From Anaerolineae bacterium (GTDB lineage: Bacteria; Chloroflexota; Anaerolineae; B4-G1; SLSP01), in the NCBI GenBank assembly GCA_035347995.1, contig DAOPQD010000001.1, forward strand, positions 46,012 to 110,011: a stretch of 64,000 nucleotides of DNA, read 5' to 3'. A program made the translations under genes and the position numbers. The notes below the pieces were generated by a model that did not search any database, was not told the DNA's origin, and saw only the letters and a list, made by a program, of their open reading frames with translations. This document shows positions 35,536 through 45,061 of this stretch, one piece after another (position 1 is the first letter of the stretch; every line of letters starts with the position of its first letter).

Positions 35536-38390
35536 TGGGGCCTCACGGTGAGGGGAATCACGACGGCGTTCTGCGGCGGAACCGATGCGGCGCTGCTCAC
35601 GGCGAGCGGCCCCGCTTCATCATACAGGCCGACGCGCAGGTCGTAGCTTCCCGCCGGCAATCCTGCCAGGGGATGCTCATCGGCGACGATCTCGCCGGTC
35701 ACCCAGGTGGTGGTAGGTTTTCCTCCCAGCGCGGGCCAGCTGTCATGTTGCCCGAGGAGCGGGCTGATGGTGCCGGGGGCCGTGACGTGGACGAACACGT
35801 TGTAGGGCGAGTTGCCGGTCTCCTCAGCGCGCCAGTAAAGGGTGAGGGTGAAGGGTTGTCCGGCGCCAGGCTCCGGCTCCAGCCGATAGCCAAGCAGTGC
35901 GGCGACGCCTGGACCGAAGTCCCCCGTCGCGGGCAGCAGGCCGTCCGGCGGCTGGAATTCCCGCCCGGCCACGATAGAGATCTCTGGCCCGCGCCATCGG
36001 GCCAGCGGCGCGCCCGCGGCAGTGAGGAGCTCCGCGGTGAGGGGGGCCTCGGCATCCAGCGCGCGGCAGGAGATGGGCAGGCGGAACTGCGTGGCGAAGC
36101 GGGTCCCGGCGGGAAGGGGAGAGGTCACGTTGGCCGCCGTCAGGGGCAGCGTCACCGCGTGTTCGGCGAGAGATAGGCGCAGGACATCGCGCCTGTCGGC
36201 AACGGCATAGGGCGCTGGGACCGCCCAAAATGCCCGGCCCTCGAGCGGCTCGCAGGGCCGCATGGTTTCCCGGCTGAGCCAGAACCCCAGCAGCTCGAGC
36301 GGGGAAGCTCCGGCGGTCGCCGCGCCGGGCTCTACCGGGATGGCATTTTCGGGGAGCGGGGGCGGCGCGGTCGCCGGCAACAGTTCGACCGGCTGCAGGG
36401 TGACGCTCGCCGAGGCGGCTCCTGCCACGTAGACGGTGAGGGTGGGCGTGGTGCTGCCGGGAGGCGTCCAGGGGTCAGGCGTCAGCGGATAGCGACCCAG
36501 CACGGGCGTCCCCGCCTGCCAACGCGAGGGACGGTAATCGCCGCTCGCCGGGGTGCCGTTGAAGCGCGCCCACTCATCGCCGCGAGCGTCGAGCAGGCGC
36601 AGCGCTACCTGATAGAAGCGCTCGCCGTGCGCGGCAGGATCTTCGGTGACCCAAAAGGTCCACACATCCAGGGTGCTGTCAACGGGCTGCGGCGCTTGGG
36701 GAAGCCGATAGCCCCACAGCGTCAGGTGAGGCAAAGTGGGCGTCGCCAGGCGTTCGGTGAGGTCGGGCTCTGGCGGGAAGTCGGCGCGGCGCGCAAGTGC
36801 AAAACGGCGCAGGCCCAGCCCGTGGAATTCCGGCGTGGGCACTTCGGCGCCCAGCTCCCCCAGCAGCGCGGGGACGACGCCGGTGGGATCGGTGATGGTC
36901 TCGAGCCAGGTGACGAGCCAGACCTGGGACGTGTTCTGGAGCGCCGCGTTCAGAGCGGCGGCGCCATTCGCGTAGTCAAGAACGTGGGTCACGTCCAGCA
37001 GTTTGTCATCAGGGAGGGGCAGCAGCCCCTCGAAGCCGGCATAGTACGCCCATGCCGGGAAGACCGAGCCTGTCTCTACGATGATGACGTCGCCGGGCGC
37101 GCGATTTTCCATGACGTAGTGCGCAACGCTGCGCCAGTCCTCCGTGGCGTAGGTCGGATCGGTGAGGAGATTGGCGTCCGCCTGCGCCGAAAGCGCGACG
37201 ACGAGCACGCTACACACGCCCAGGCCCAGTCGGGCCAGCGTGCGTCGGCGTCGGCCATGAAGCTGCGCCGCCATCCCCCAGCCGATGGCCAGGGCCAGCA
37301 CGGGCAGTGGTGCAAAGCCTGAGGCATGGCGACTGCCCCATTTGGGCAGATTGCGGAAAACTACTGCCATGAGCCCCAGGGGCATCAGTTGCAGCAGGGG
37401 ATAGAGTCCCGCAAGGGGACGACGGCGCGTCAGGATCAAGGCCCCAAACGAGGCCACCAGTATCAGGCCTCCCGCCGCGACCTTCCAGGCTGAGGGTAGA
37501 AAGTCGAAGACCGTCATGCCGGCAATGGAAGTGCGCAAAAATTCGGCGATGGGCAAATATCCTTCCCAGTAGGTGGCGTTTTGTCCCAGGGAGGGGAGGG
37601 CCTCCAGGACCCAGGGCAGAAAGATCAGCCCGGCGAGGAGTGTAGGGGGGAACATCGCCTGAAGCCACGCGCGCACCTCTTGCCAGGGACGACGGATCAG
37701 CGCGAGGAGCGCGAAGAGCGCCTGCCCCACCAGCCAGAACGCCGACAGCGTTAATGAAGCCATGGCACCCAGGGCGGCGGCACCCCACAGCCAGGCCCAC
37801 CGTCGGCGGGGACGTGGTTCGAGGGCGAGGAGCGTCTCGACTAACGCCATCCCCGCCAGGAGTGACCAGGCGATGAACGCGCCGTACATTCGGGTCTCGC
37901 GCGAGGCCCAAATTAAGGTGGGGGCAAGCGCGCCCAAAAGCAAGGCCCAAGTGCCGGCTGAGCGTTTGCCGGACAGTCGGCGGGCCATGTGGGCCAGCGC
38001 CGCGAGCGCGAGCAGGCCGTAGAGGGCCGAGGGGAACCGCAGGGCGAATTCGCTGGCGCCGGCGAGCGGAATCCAGGCGCGGAGCAAGAAATAGTGGGCC
38101 GGCGGGACGAGTTCGCTCGCGCTGAGCGCCAGCATCTCGCGCACGCTTACCTGAGTGGTCGCCCACCACAGATAGGCCTCGTCATACCACAGGCTACGCG
38201 CGCCGAGGCCTCCAACGCGCAACGCGAACGCCATCCACGGGAGCAGTATCACCCCTGCGTGTCGCTCAAGCCATCGTTTCACGGGCAGCCCTTGACTGAG
38301 TTCATAGAAGAGCACTTTTCTAACCGCTGAGCGGACCAGAGACACAGAGGCAAAAGCCCCCTGGCAGACAAAACGGTGGCCAGAGAACAT
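35532..38390 (-). CDS. GT-C fold (PMT/ArnT-like) membrane glycosyltransferase, paralog 2 (952 aa), with long C-terminal periplasmic repeat region
   Basis: DE motif RSLWYDEAYLWW and a multi-TM core. The C-terminal ~450 aa contains the same repeated module (YQVALRLLDARGDEW...RWQAGTPV; YNVFVHVTAPGTISPLLGQHDSWP...WVTGEIV...GSYDLRVGLYDEAGPLAV). The exact start is uncertain (38390 or an internal Met). Confidence 0.65.
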   Translation of the reverse strand: MFSGHRFVCQGAFASVSLVRSAVRKVLFYELSQGLPVKRWLERHAGVILLPWMAFALRVGGLGARSLWYDEAYLWWATTQVSVREMLALSASELVPPAHYFLLRAWIPLAGASEFALRFPSALYGLLALAALAHMARRLSGKRSAGTWALLLGALAPTLIWASRETRMYGAFIAWSLLAGMALVETLLALEPRPRRRWAWLWGAAALGAMASLTLSAFWLVGQALFALLALIRRPWQEVRAWLQAMFPPTLLAGLIFLPWVLEALPSLGQNATYWEGYLPIAEFLRTSIAGMTVFDFLPSAWKVAAGGLILVASFGALILTRRRPLAGLYPLLQLMPLGLMAVVFRNLPKWGSRHASGFAPLPVLALAIGWGMAAQLHGRRRRTLARLGLGVCSVLVVALSAQADANLLTDPTYATEDWRSVAHYVMENRAPGDVIIVETGSVFPAWAYYAGFEGLLPLPDDKLLDVTHVLDYANGAAALNAALQNTSQVWLVTWLETITDPTGVVPALLGELGAEVPTPEFHGLGLRRFALARRADFPPEPDLTERLATPTLPHLTLWGYRLPQAPQPVDSTLDVWTFWVTEDPAAHGERFYQVALRLLDARGDEWARFNGTPASGDYRPSRWQAGTPVLGRYPLTPDPWTPPGSTTPTLTVYVAGAASASVTLQPVELLPATAPPPLPENAIPVEPGAATAGASPLELLGFWLSRETMRPCEPLEGRAFWAVPAPYAVADRRDVLRLSLAEHAVTLPLTAANVTSPLPAGTRFATQFRLPISCRALDAEAPLTAELLTAAGAPLARWRGPEISIVAGREFQPPDGLLPATGDFGPGVAALLGYRLEPEPGAGQPFTLTLYWRAEETGNSPYNVFVHVTAPGTISPLLGQHDSWPALGGKPTTTWVTGEIVADEHPLAGLPAGSYDLRVGLYDEAGPLAVSSAASVPPQNAVVIPLTVRPQ

Positions 38391-38448
38391 GGAGTTTTAG
38401 TGGTTTTCTCTTCAAGAGTGTCTCATGCTCCCAGGCTGGACGGTCGTC

Positions 38449-39546
38449 TTACGGTTTTACGATTTCGATGTTGCCGTATCCCTCGGTGACACAGGCGTCG
38501 GCAGTGGGGCGGCGGGAAAGCAGCCGGACGATGATTTTGTCGCCGGATTGCAGGGATTGCATTCCCGGAATGCTCACGCTGTGGCTAGTCGTAGGGGTCG
38601 GATTGAGCACAGTGGCCTGCCATATATCGCGCATTATCAATGGCAGGAACATCGTGTGACTCATGGGAGCCGTCGTTGTGACAGGGGCCGTGCTGCCCAC
38701 TATCTGATACCATACCTGTGTCGAGCCGGGGACAGTGGTGTTCCAGTTCAGGAGGAGGTTATCGCCGTCGAAGGTGTGCTGCACTGAGGCAGAATCAATG
38801 TAAGGCGAGTTCCATGAGGTCGGCTCCGGCAGCTTGCCGTTGGGGAATCCAACCTGTACCAGGGCGCCGTTGTCCCACCAGGCATCGTACCAGGCGGTCT
38901 GATCGCCGGTGTAGGAGGGATTGGCGTAGGTGATAGCGGTGAGCCGGGTTCCCAGTGGTTCTGCCGTCGTCGCGAGGCGTTCCCACGTGGTCAAGATGGT
39001 CTGTTCGGCTGACCAGGCCGTGCGTGGCGGCATTTGTCCGCCGATGAGATCGTTGTGATCGTGATCCAGGGTGATTTGCGTGCCTTGCAGGTCGAGGCCG
39101 ATGCGTGTATGGGGCACTGTCCCCGCGTTGCCGCGGCTATTGACGTACATCGAGAACTCGTAGGGCACACAGGGGGTCAAATTCTCCACGACCTGATAGA
39201 CCCCTGCCTGGTAGTTGGCGCCCCATTTGAAGTATACTTGCGCGTGACGCCCGCTGTAAGGGGGCCATCGGAGGGCGCCGGAACGCATGTCATCGTATTC
39301 GGGGATCATGGTGTTTGCCGCCGGCATGTTCACCCACTAGCGATACCAGTTCAAAGCCAGAAAGTGGTTTGGAGGAAACCAGATGAAACCGTGGGTCGCA
39401 GGATCTTCGGCTTCAAAGTCGCCGTTTACCAGAACGTTGCCGTTGTTGGCCTGCACTGCGGGGGCAGGGTTGGCGTTGGGCTGGAACAGCAGCAAGCTGC
39501 CCAGCATCACCAGAATCCAAACGTAACGCAAACGCGAAGTTTTCAT
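38449..39546 (-). pseudogene. Secreted CBM4/9-like carbohydrate-binding protein interrupted by an in-frame TAG (39337-39339), making it a candidate pseudogene or readthrough gene
   Basis: The track gives ORF 39337..39546 (69 aa: signal peptide MKTSRLRYVWILVMLGSLLLFQPNANPAPAVQA followed by NGNVLVNGDFEAED..., a CBM_4_9-type start) and ORF 38449..39333 (294 aa, no signal peptide, GTG start). They are in the same frame and separated only by TAG plus one TGG codon. RBS GGGGGGA lies upstream of the 39546 ATG. Confidence 0.5.
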
Positions 39547-39649
39547 GGAATCCCCCCTTTTCTATAGCATAAATGTAGATGGATAAGTCCAGAGAGGCAG
39601 TTTTCCGTTTGGACTTTCCTGTGTGATTCTACCACAATTTTGCCGAGCT

Positions 39650-41845
39650 TCAGCGCGACCAGAGGACAAGGGCGTCGTTGGGCTGACGTTCGGCGCCGAC
39701 GAAAGCGGCCAGGCGCGCGCCGGTCTCCGGATGATAAAGCCCCACGGCGATGGTGACGGGGGCCTCTGCCGCGGTGAGCCGGTGACTATCCAGGACGCGG
39801 TCGCCGGGAAGCCAGAGGTGGGTGGGGAAGGCCTGTCCCATTGGTGGAGCGTCGCCTGTCGCCAGGAGCGCGCCATCGGCGGCGCAGGCATGGACGAAGA
39901 CGGTGTAGTCCGCATCCACCGGCGCGAGGCTCTCCCAACACAGGGTCACTTCCCACGCATCGTCCCGTTCCGTGAGGGCAGCGTGGGTGAGCGCGAGCGC
40001 CTCCCCAAAGCGGGCTGGCATTTCCAGCGGGGGGAGGGTGTCGCACGGCGGCTGACTTCCCTGGATTCGCAGGGTGTCCAGCCTTGCCGCATCGCCCGCG
40101 GGCTGTCCCGCGAGGGTGACGGGGAGCCGTGCCTTGGTCTCGCCATCGTAAAAGGCAAGGTGAAGCTCCCATGCCTGCGTGGGAAGGTCGCTTGCGGGCA
40201 GCGGTAACAGCAATTTCTCGCGGAGCAGGGCCCCGGCAGGCCAGGCAGAGGTCGGCAGATTGCCATGTCCAGGCCAGGCATCGTAGGTGAGGCGGAGGGT
40301 GTTGTCGCCAGACCGGGCGGAGACGAGTTGCACGGCGAGCGCCCACTCCTCATCGAGGGGACGCAACGCTTCCAGGTAGAGCTGCAGCTCCAGGGCGGGA
40401 CGACAGTAGCTGGATTGCACCAGCCAGCAGGCCAGGCGCGACTCCGTCAACCGCACCTCATAGCCGCGCAAAGCGATGGCTTCCGCGCCGAAGACGACGT
40501 CGGTGGTGTAGGGGAGGGGTGTTGAGTCTTCCAGACGGGCGGGAGGAGCGAAGAGCGGCGCTGCGCCGGCGAGGAGCGTGATCAGTGCGCCGAGCGGCAG
40601 CCAGATGGCCCAGGCGCGCGCCAGTCGCGGCTGAAGCTGCTGCCAGCCGACCGCGAGGAGCACCGCGAGGGCGGGGGCTGCGGGAAAGAGCAGCCGTCCT
40701 CCCGTCGCCGGGGTGAGGGCATTCCAGCGCACCCATGCGACCACGATGATGACGAACCAGCCGCCCAGGAGCGCCAGCTCCGTCCGCCGCGCAAGGGTGC
40801 GGAAGTGCGCCATGAGGCCCACGCAGCCGCCTCCGAGCAGCGCGAAAAAGGGCCAGTAGAGCGCCCGGGGATAGAAAGCGCACGGCAGCTGTCCCCAATA
40901 GGAGCGCAGCATCAGCTGGAACGTGCCCCAGAGATCCACGCGTACCGCCGTGCGCCCGACGACGTCCAGCATGGGGGCGAGGGCGGTCAGATCGCCGTAG
41001 AGCCGCCAGTTGCGTCCCAGCCACGGCGTGACGAGTGCCAGCGCCGGAACAACGAGCAGCACTCCCCAGCGCAGCAGCCGGGTCAGTGGGGCGCGTTGCC
41101 GCCAGGCGTAGGCCAGGAGGGTCAATCCGCCCAATCCGAGCAGTCCCAGTCCGCTGAGTTTGCTCAGCGCTGCCAGTCCCGTCAGGATGCCAAAGCCGAG
41201 GAGGCGCGTTGGCGTCGGACCACGCTGCCAGATGTCCACCAACAGCACCAGCGCCCAGGTGGCCAGCGGGATGACGAGGTTATCGTTGTTCACCCCGGCC
41301 GCGAGGAGCAGGAATTGCGGGTTGAAGGCGACGACGGCCGTCGCCAGCGGCGCGACGAATCCTCGGGGCGCCAGCCGTCGGGCAAGAGCCCACGTCCCTG
41401 CGACGGTGGCGCATTGTAGAAGGGTGGAAAGCAGCCGCAGCGCGTAGACCGTGCGGCGATGTCCTTCCGGAGGGAACCCGGTGTAGGGATCGCGGCTCCA
41501 GGTGACGCGATTGTAGAGCGTATCGCCAGAGCCACAGGCGACGAAGGTGGCGGGAATGGGCCGCACGTCCGGCGCTTCGCGGGGCAGACCCCACAGGCGC
41601 ACCCACGCCGCGCCAAGGAGATGGTACAGCGGCGGCTGCGAGGCTTCTTGCCGGACATGGAAGCCGGCCGCCTCGGCCTCGCCATGGACGGGCAGCCGGC
41701 CGGTCACGGCGATGTGGCGGATGACCTCCGCGTGTTCGATCTCGTCGAGGTTTTCGTAGGGTGGGATCGTTATGTTCCAGGCCAGCGCCAGGCTTACGAA
41801 GGTCACCAGAATCAGCCATAGGCCGGCGCGTGAGGAGTGCATCAT
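39650..41845 (-). CDS. GT-C fold (PMT/ArnT-like) membrane glycosyltransferase, paralog 3, with C-terminal tandem beta-domains
   Basis: The start is taken at MMHSS (41845), which overlaps the esterase stop as ATGA; the track start at 41875 is also possible. DE motif is YENLDEIEHAEV, followed by a multi-TM core. C-terminal repeats are WALAVQLVSARSGDN...SAWPAG.. and YTVFVHACAADGALLATGDAPPMGQAFPTHLWLPGDRV...GLYHPETGARLAA. Confidence 0.7.
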   Translation of the reverse strand: MMHSSRAGLWLILVTFVSLALAWNITIPPYENLDEIEHAEVIRHIAVTGRLPVHGEAEAAGFHVRQEASQPPLYHLLGAAWVRLWGLPREAPDVRPIPATFVACGSGDTLYNRVTWSRDPYTGFPPEGHRRTVYALRLLSTLLQCATVAGTWALARRLAPRGFVAPLATAVVAFNPQFLLLAAGVNNDNLVIPLATWALVLLVDIWQRGPTPTRLLGFGILTGLAALSKLSGLGLLGLGGLTLLAYAWRQRAPLTRLLRWGVLLVVPALALVTPWLGRNWRLYGDLTALAPMLDVVGRTAVRVDLWGTFQLMLRSYWGQLPCAFYPRALYWPFFALLGGGCVGLMAHFRTLARRTELALLGGWFVIIVVAWVRWNALTPATGGRLLFPAAPALAVLLAVGWQQLQPRLARAWAIWLPLGALITLLAGAAPLFAPPARLEDSTPLPYTTDVVFGAEAIALRGYEVRLTESRLACWLVQSSYCRPALELQLYLEALRPLDEEWALAVQLVSARSGDNTLRLTYDAWPGHGNLPTSAWPAGALLREKLLLPLPASDLPTQAWELHLAFYDGETKARLPVTLAGQPAGDAARLDTLRIQGSQPPCDTLPPLEMPARFGEALALTHAALTERDDAWEVTLCWESLAPVDADYTVFVHACAADGALLATGDAPPMGQAFPTHLWLPGDRVLDSHRLTAAEAPVTIAVGLYHPETGARLAAFVGAERQPNDALVLWSR

Positions 41846-42609
41846 TCCATTCCTTCGGGAGGCCTCTCGAACCATTCTCGCGCTGCCTGCCAGGCGCGTT
41901 CGCGGTCAAGATCGAGGACCACGGTGTGTCCGCCGCGTTCCAGCCAGAGCAGCTGCTGTGGTCCGCCGAGCCGCGCCGCGACTTGACGGACCACGCGCGG
42001 GGGAACGGCGTGATCATGGCGGGCGTGGACGAGCAGGGTGGGGACACGCACGTCGGGCAGGCGCGCGTCCATGGCGAGCAGAAAACTGCCCAGTTCTGCC
42101 ACGGCCCGTAAGGGAATGCGCCGGTAAATGAAGCGGGCGCGACGAGCGGCGGCGTCGTGCATGTCGGAGCCGATTTTGGGCAGATAGGGGATCACGCGGG
42201 CGAGATGAGAGAGCCAGCCAGGCGGTAAGCCGTGGAAGGCAAAGCCGCCGGGGGTAGCGAAGGCGACTACCCGCTCCACGGGGTCCTCGGCGGCGACGTA
42301 GAGCGCCAGCGCCGCGCCGAGCGAGACCCCGGCGATGCCCAGGTGCTGACGTTGGCGGCGCAGTTCGGCGAGGCCGGCGCGGACGTCCGCGACCCAATCC
42401 TGCCAGTGGACGGCGGCGAGATCTTCGGGAGTGGTGCCGTGGCCGCGCAGCCGGATGCCAGAGACGGTCATGCCGGCGCGCGCCAGCGCTTCGCCGAGGG
42501 GCCGGACTTCATCCGGTGCAGTGAGGAAACCGTGAATGAGCAGGATGCCCGGCTCTCCGCCGGGCAGAAAGAACGGCGTCGGTTCTGGTCGCGCGCGATC
42601 TTCTTTCAT
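41842..42609 (-). CDS. Alpha/beta-hydrolase fold esterase/lipase-like protein (first gene of the envelope operon)
   Basis: GILLIHGF (oxyanion region) and the nucleophile elbow GVSLGAALAL (GxSxG). The His/Asp region is VHARHDHAVP. 255 aa. Confidence 0.75.
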   Translation of the reverse strand: MKEDRARPEPTPFFLPGGEPGILLIHGFLTAPDEVRPLGEALARAGMTVSGIRLRGHGTTPEDLAAVHWQDWVADVRAGLAELRRQRQHLGIAGVSLGAALALYVAAEDPVERVVAFATPGGFAFHGLPPGWLSHLARVIPYLPKIGSDMHDAAARRARFIYRRIPLRAVAELGSFLLAMDARLPDVRVPTLLVHARHDHAVPPRVVRQVAARLGGPQQLLWLERGGHTVVLDLDRERAWQAAREWFERPPEGME

Positions 42610-42657
42610 ACAGCCATGGAGTATAGCACACTCCCGGCAGGGTCAAACCGCGCGCGC

Positions 42658-42685
42658 GTTGACAAAAGGCCCCGGCGGACTATAA
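42658..42685 (+). promoter_or_regulatory. Consensus sigma70-type promoter TTGACA-N16-TATAAT for secDF
   Basis: cgcgTTGACAaaaggccccggcggacTATAATccgcc, about 65 nt upstream of the secD ATG, with RBS GAGTGAGGGG. Confidence 0.6.
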
Positions 42686-42748
42686 TCCGCCTTTGGCTTG
42701 CCGCAGGGATTTCCCCGTACAACGGCGCTATTCCTTGAGTGAGGGGCT

Positions 42749-44122
42749 ATGAATAGAAAGACGCTAACTTCCCTGGTGTTGATCTTGTTGTTGGCGGCCG
42801 TGGCGCTTTATCTGGTGGTGCCGTCGCAGCATCCTGAGTGGCTGAAGCGCCTGCTGCTGTGGCAACCGGAGACCGCGCGCTCCCTGGAATTCATGCAGGG
42901 GTTGGACCTGCAAGGTGGGCTGCAACTCTCGATGGTGGCCGACGTGCCTGCCGGACAGCAGCTCTCCGCCGAAACGATGCGTGCGGCGGCGCAGGTGGTC
43001 GAGGGCCGCGTCAACGCGCTGGGCTTGAGCGAGCCGGTGGTGCAGGTGCAGGGGACGCGGCGCATCATCGTCGAGCTGCCCGGCATCGCCGACCCGGAGC
43101 AGGCGATTGATACCATCCGCGATACGGCGCTGCTTGAATTCGCCGAACCGCCTGCCGGCGCCGGCGAGGCGGAACTGACGCCCGGACGGGTCGTCAGCAC
43201 CACCTACGGCATGGGCGAGGACGTCACGGCGCCGCCCGGCTACTACAAGACGATTCTCATCGGTGATGCGCTGGATTCGGCCTTCAACACGGTGGATGAG
43301 ACTACCGGGCAGCCCATGGTGATCGTGCGCTTCAAAGCGGCGGATACACAGCGTTTTTACGAGTACACGAGCAATAACATCGGGCGCCCTCTGTGCATGG
43401 TGCTCGACAAAACTATCCTCTCGTGCCCTACCATCCGTGATGCCATCCCTGATGGCGAGGCGCAGATTTCCGGCGGGTTCACGTCGGAGAGCGCGCAGCA
43501 GCTCGCGATTCAGTTGCGCTACGGCGCCCTGCCGGTGCCGCTGAAAATCGAAAGCTACCGGGCGATTGGCCCGTCGCTGGGTGCAATTTCAGTTGAGAAA
43601 AGCATCCGCGCCGGCGTGGTCGGTCTGCTGGTGGTGTTCCTGTTCATGTTGATTTACTATCGCCTCAATGGCCTGGCGGCGGATCTGGCGCTGGCGCTCT
43701 ACGTGTTGCTCAACCTGTTGCTCTACAAATTGTTGCCCGTTACGCTGACCCTGCCAGGGATCGCAGGCTTCTTGCTCTCGGCGGGCATGGCCGTGGATGC
43801 CAACATTTTGGTCTTCGAGCGCATGAAGGAGGAATTGCGCCATGGGCGCTCGTTGGAACGGGGCGCGGAGGCGGGATTCAGCCGCGCGTGGACCTCGGTG
43901 CGCGACTCCAATCTGGCAACGCTTTTGACGTGTGCCATTCTCTGGTTCTTTGGCAACGCTTTTGCCGCGAGCCTCGTCAAAGGCTTCGCGCTGACGCTGG
44001 CGCTCGGTACGCTGATCAACATGTTCACCGCGCTGATGGTGACCCGAACTTTCGTCCGTACGGCCCTGGGGGTGCTGGGCGAAGAACGGGTGCGGCGCCA
44101 TCCCTGGTTGCTGGGAATTTAG
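42749..44122 (+). CDS. secD: Protein translocase subunit SecD
   Basis: The N-terminal TM is followed by a large periplasmic domain, then six C-terminal TM helices with SecD motifs (LPGIAGFLLSAGMAVDANILVFERMKEE). It is followed 12 nt later by secF. Confidence 0.9.
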   Translation: MNRKTLTSLVLILLLAAVALYLVVPSQHPEWLKRLLLWQPETARSLEFMQGLDLQGGLQLSMVADVPAGQQLSAETMRAAAQVVEGRVNALGLSEPVVQVQGTRRIIVELPGIADPEQAIDTIRDTALLEFAEPPAGAGEAELTPGRVVSTTYGMGEDVTAPPGYYKTILIGDALDSAFNTVDETTGQPMVIVRFKAADTQRFYEYTSNNIGRPLCMVLDKTILSCPTIRDAIPDGEAQISGGFTSESAQQLAIQLRYGALPVPLKIESYRAIGPSLGAISVEKSIRAGVVGLLVVFLFMLIYYRLNGLAADLALALYVLLNLLLYKLLPVTLTLPGIAGFLLSAGMAVDANILVFERMKEELRHGRSLERGAEAGFSRAWTSVRDSNLATLLTCAILWFFGNAFAASLVKGFALTLALGTLINMFTALMVTRTFVRTALGVLGEERVRRHPWLLGI

Positions 44123-44134
44123 GAGGCTGACGAG

Positions 44135-45061
44135 ATGATTGACTTTGTTCACAATCGCAGGACCTATTTCATCCTGGCCGGGGTGTTGGTGGCGCTGAGC
44201 GTGGCGGCGATGCTGGTGTCTTATGTCACCTATGGACAGCTGGTGCGCATTGGCATTGATTTCAAGGGTGGCAGTCTGTTCTCAGTGCACTTCACGGCTC
44301 CTGTCACCGAGGACGTGATCCGTGAGGCTTTTGCAGAGGAAGGCTATACCAGCACCATCGTGCAGCAGTTGGGCGACCCCGCCGACAATACCTGGCAGAT
44401 TCGGACCAGTTTTGCGACGACCGATCAGATCAACGCCGTGTTGGAGCGCCTCGAGGAAATCACCGGCGCGGTGGATCGCAGCAGCTCGGTGGTGGATACG
44501 GTGGAAGCCACGGTGGGGGCGGAAGTGGCGCGCAGCGCCGCGCAGGCAGCTGGCGTGGCGGCGCTCGTCGTGCTGACGTTTATCTGGTTCTCGTTCCGTA
44601 AGGTGCCCCATCCGCTGCACTATGGCGTCGCTTCGGTCGTGGCGATGCTGATCAACGTGATCGTGGCCATGGGCTTCTATGCGCTCATGGGCTTGCTACA
44701 GGGGTGGGAAGCCGATGCGCTGTTCCTCACGGCGATCCTCACGGTGATCGGGTTCTCGGTTCAGGACATCATCGTGGTGTTCGACCGCATCCGCGAAAAT
44801 ATCCCGCGTCATCGCGGCGAGCCTTTCTCGCTGATCGTGAACCGCAGCATCATGGAGACGCTGCACCGTTCACTGGCGACGCAGCTGAACGCGATGTTCG
44901 TGATGATTGCCATCTTGTTGTTCGGCGGTGCGACGCTCAAGCCCTTCATTGCCGTGATGCTGGTAGGAATGCTCAGCGAGACCTTCACTTCGATGTTTGT
45001 GGCGGTTCACATTGTCGGGTTGTGGGAGGAGCATCGGAAGTCGCGTCCTGCGCGGGCGTGA
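44135..45061 (+). CDS. secF: Protein translocase subunit SecF
   Basis: RBS AGGAGG. The signature IDFKGGSLFSVHF is present, with C-terminal TM helices carrying GFSVQDIIVVFDRIREN. Confidence 0.9.
   Translation: MIDFVHNRRTYFILAGVLVALSVAAMLVSYVTYGQLVRIGIDFKGGSLFSVHFTAPVTEDVIREAFAEEGYTSTIVQQLGDPADNTWQIRTSFATTDQINAVLERLEEITGAVDRSSSVVDTVEATVGAEVARSAAQAAGVAALVVLTFIWFSFRKVPHPLHYGVASVVAMLINVIVAMGFYALMGLLQGWEADALFLTAILTVIGFSVQDIIVVFDRIRENIPRHRGEPFSLIVNRSIMETLHRSLATQLNAMFVMIAILLFGGATLKPFIAVMLVGMLSETFTSMFVAVHIVGLWEEHRKSRPARA

Noticed and set aside
39337-39339. The in-frame TAG in the CBM gene interpreted as pyrrolysine or selenocysteine-style recoding.
   Set aside because: Pyrrolysine is essentially confined to methanogens and a few anaerobes, and needs pylTSBCD. 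No such genes or a PYLIS-like context are visible, and the organism type does not fit. Pseudogene, sequencing error or generic readthrough are more parsimonious.
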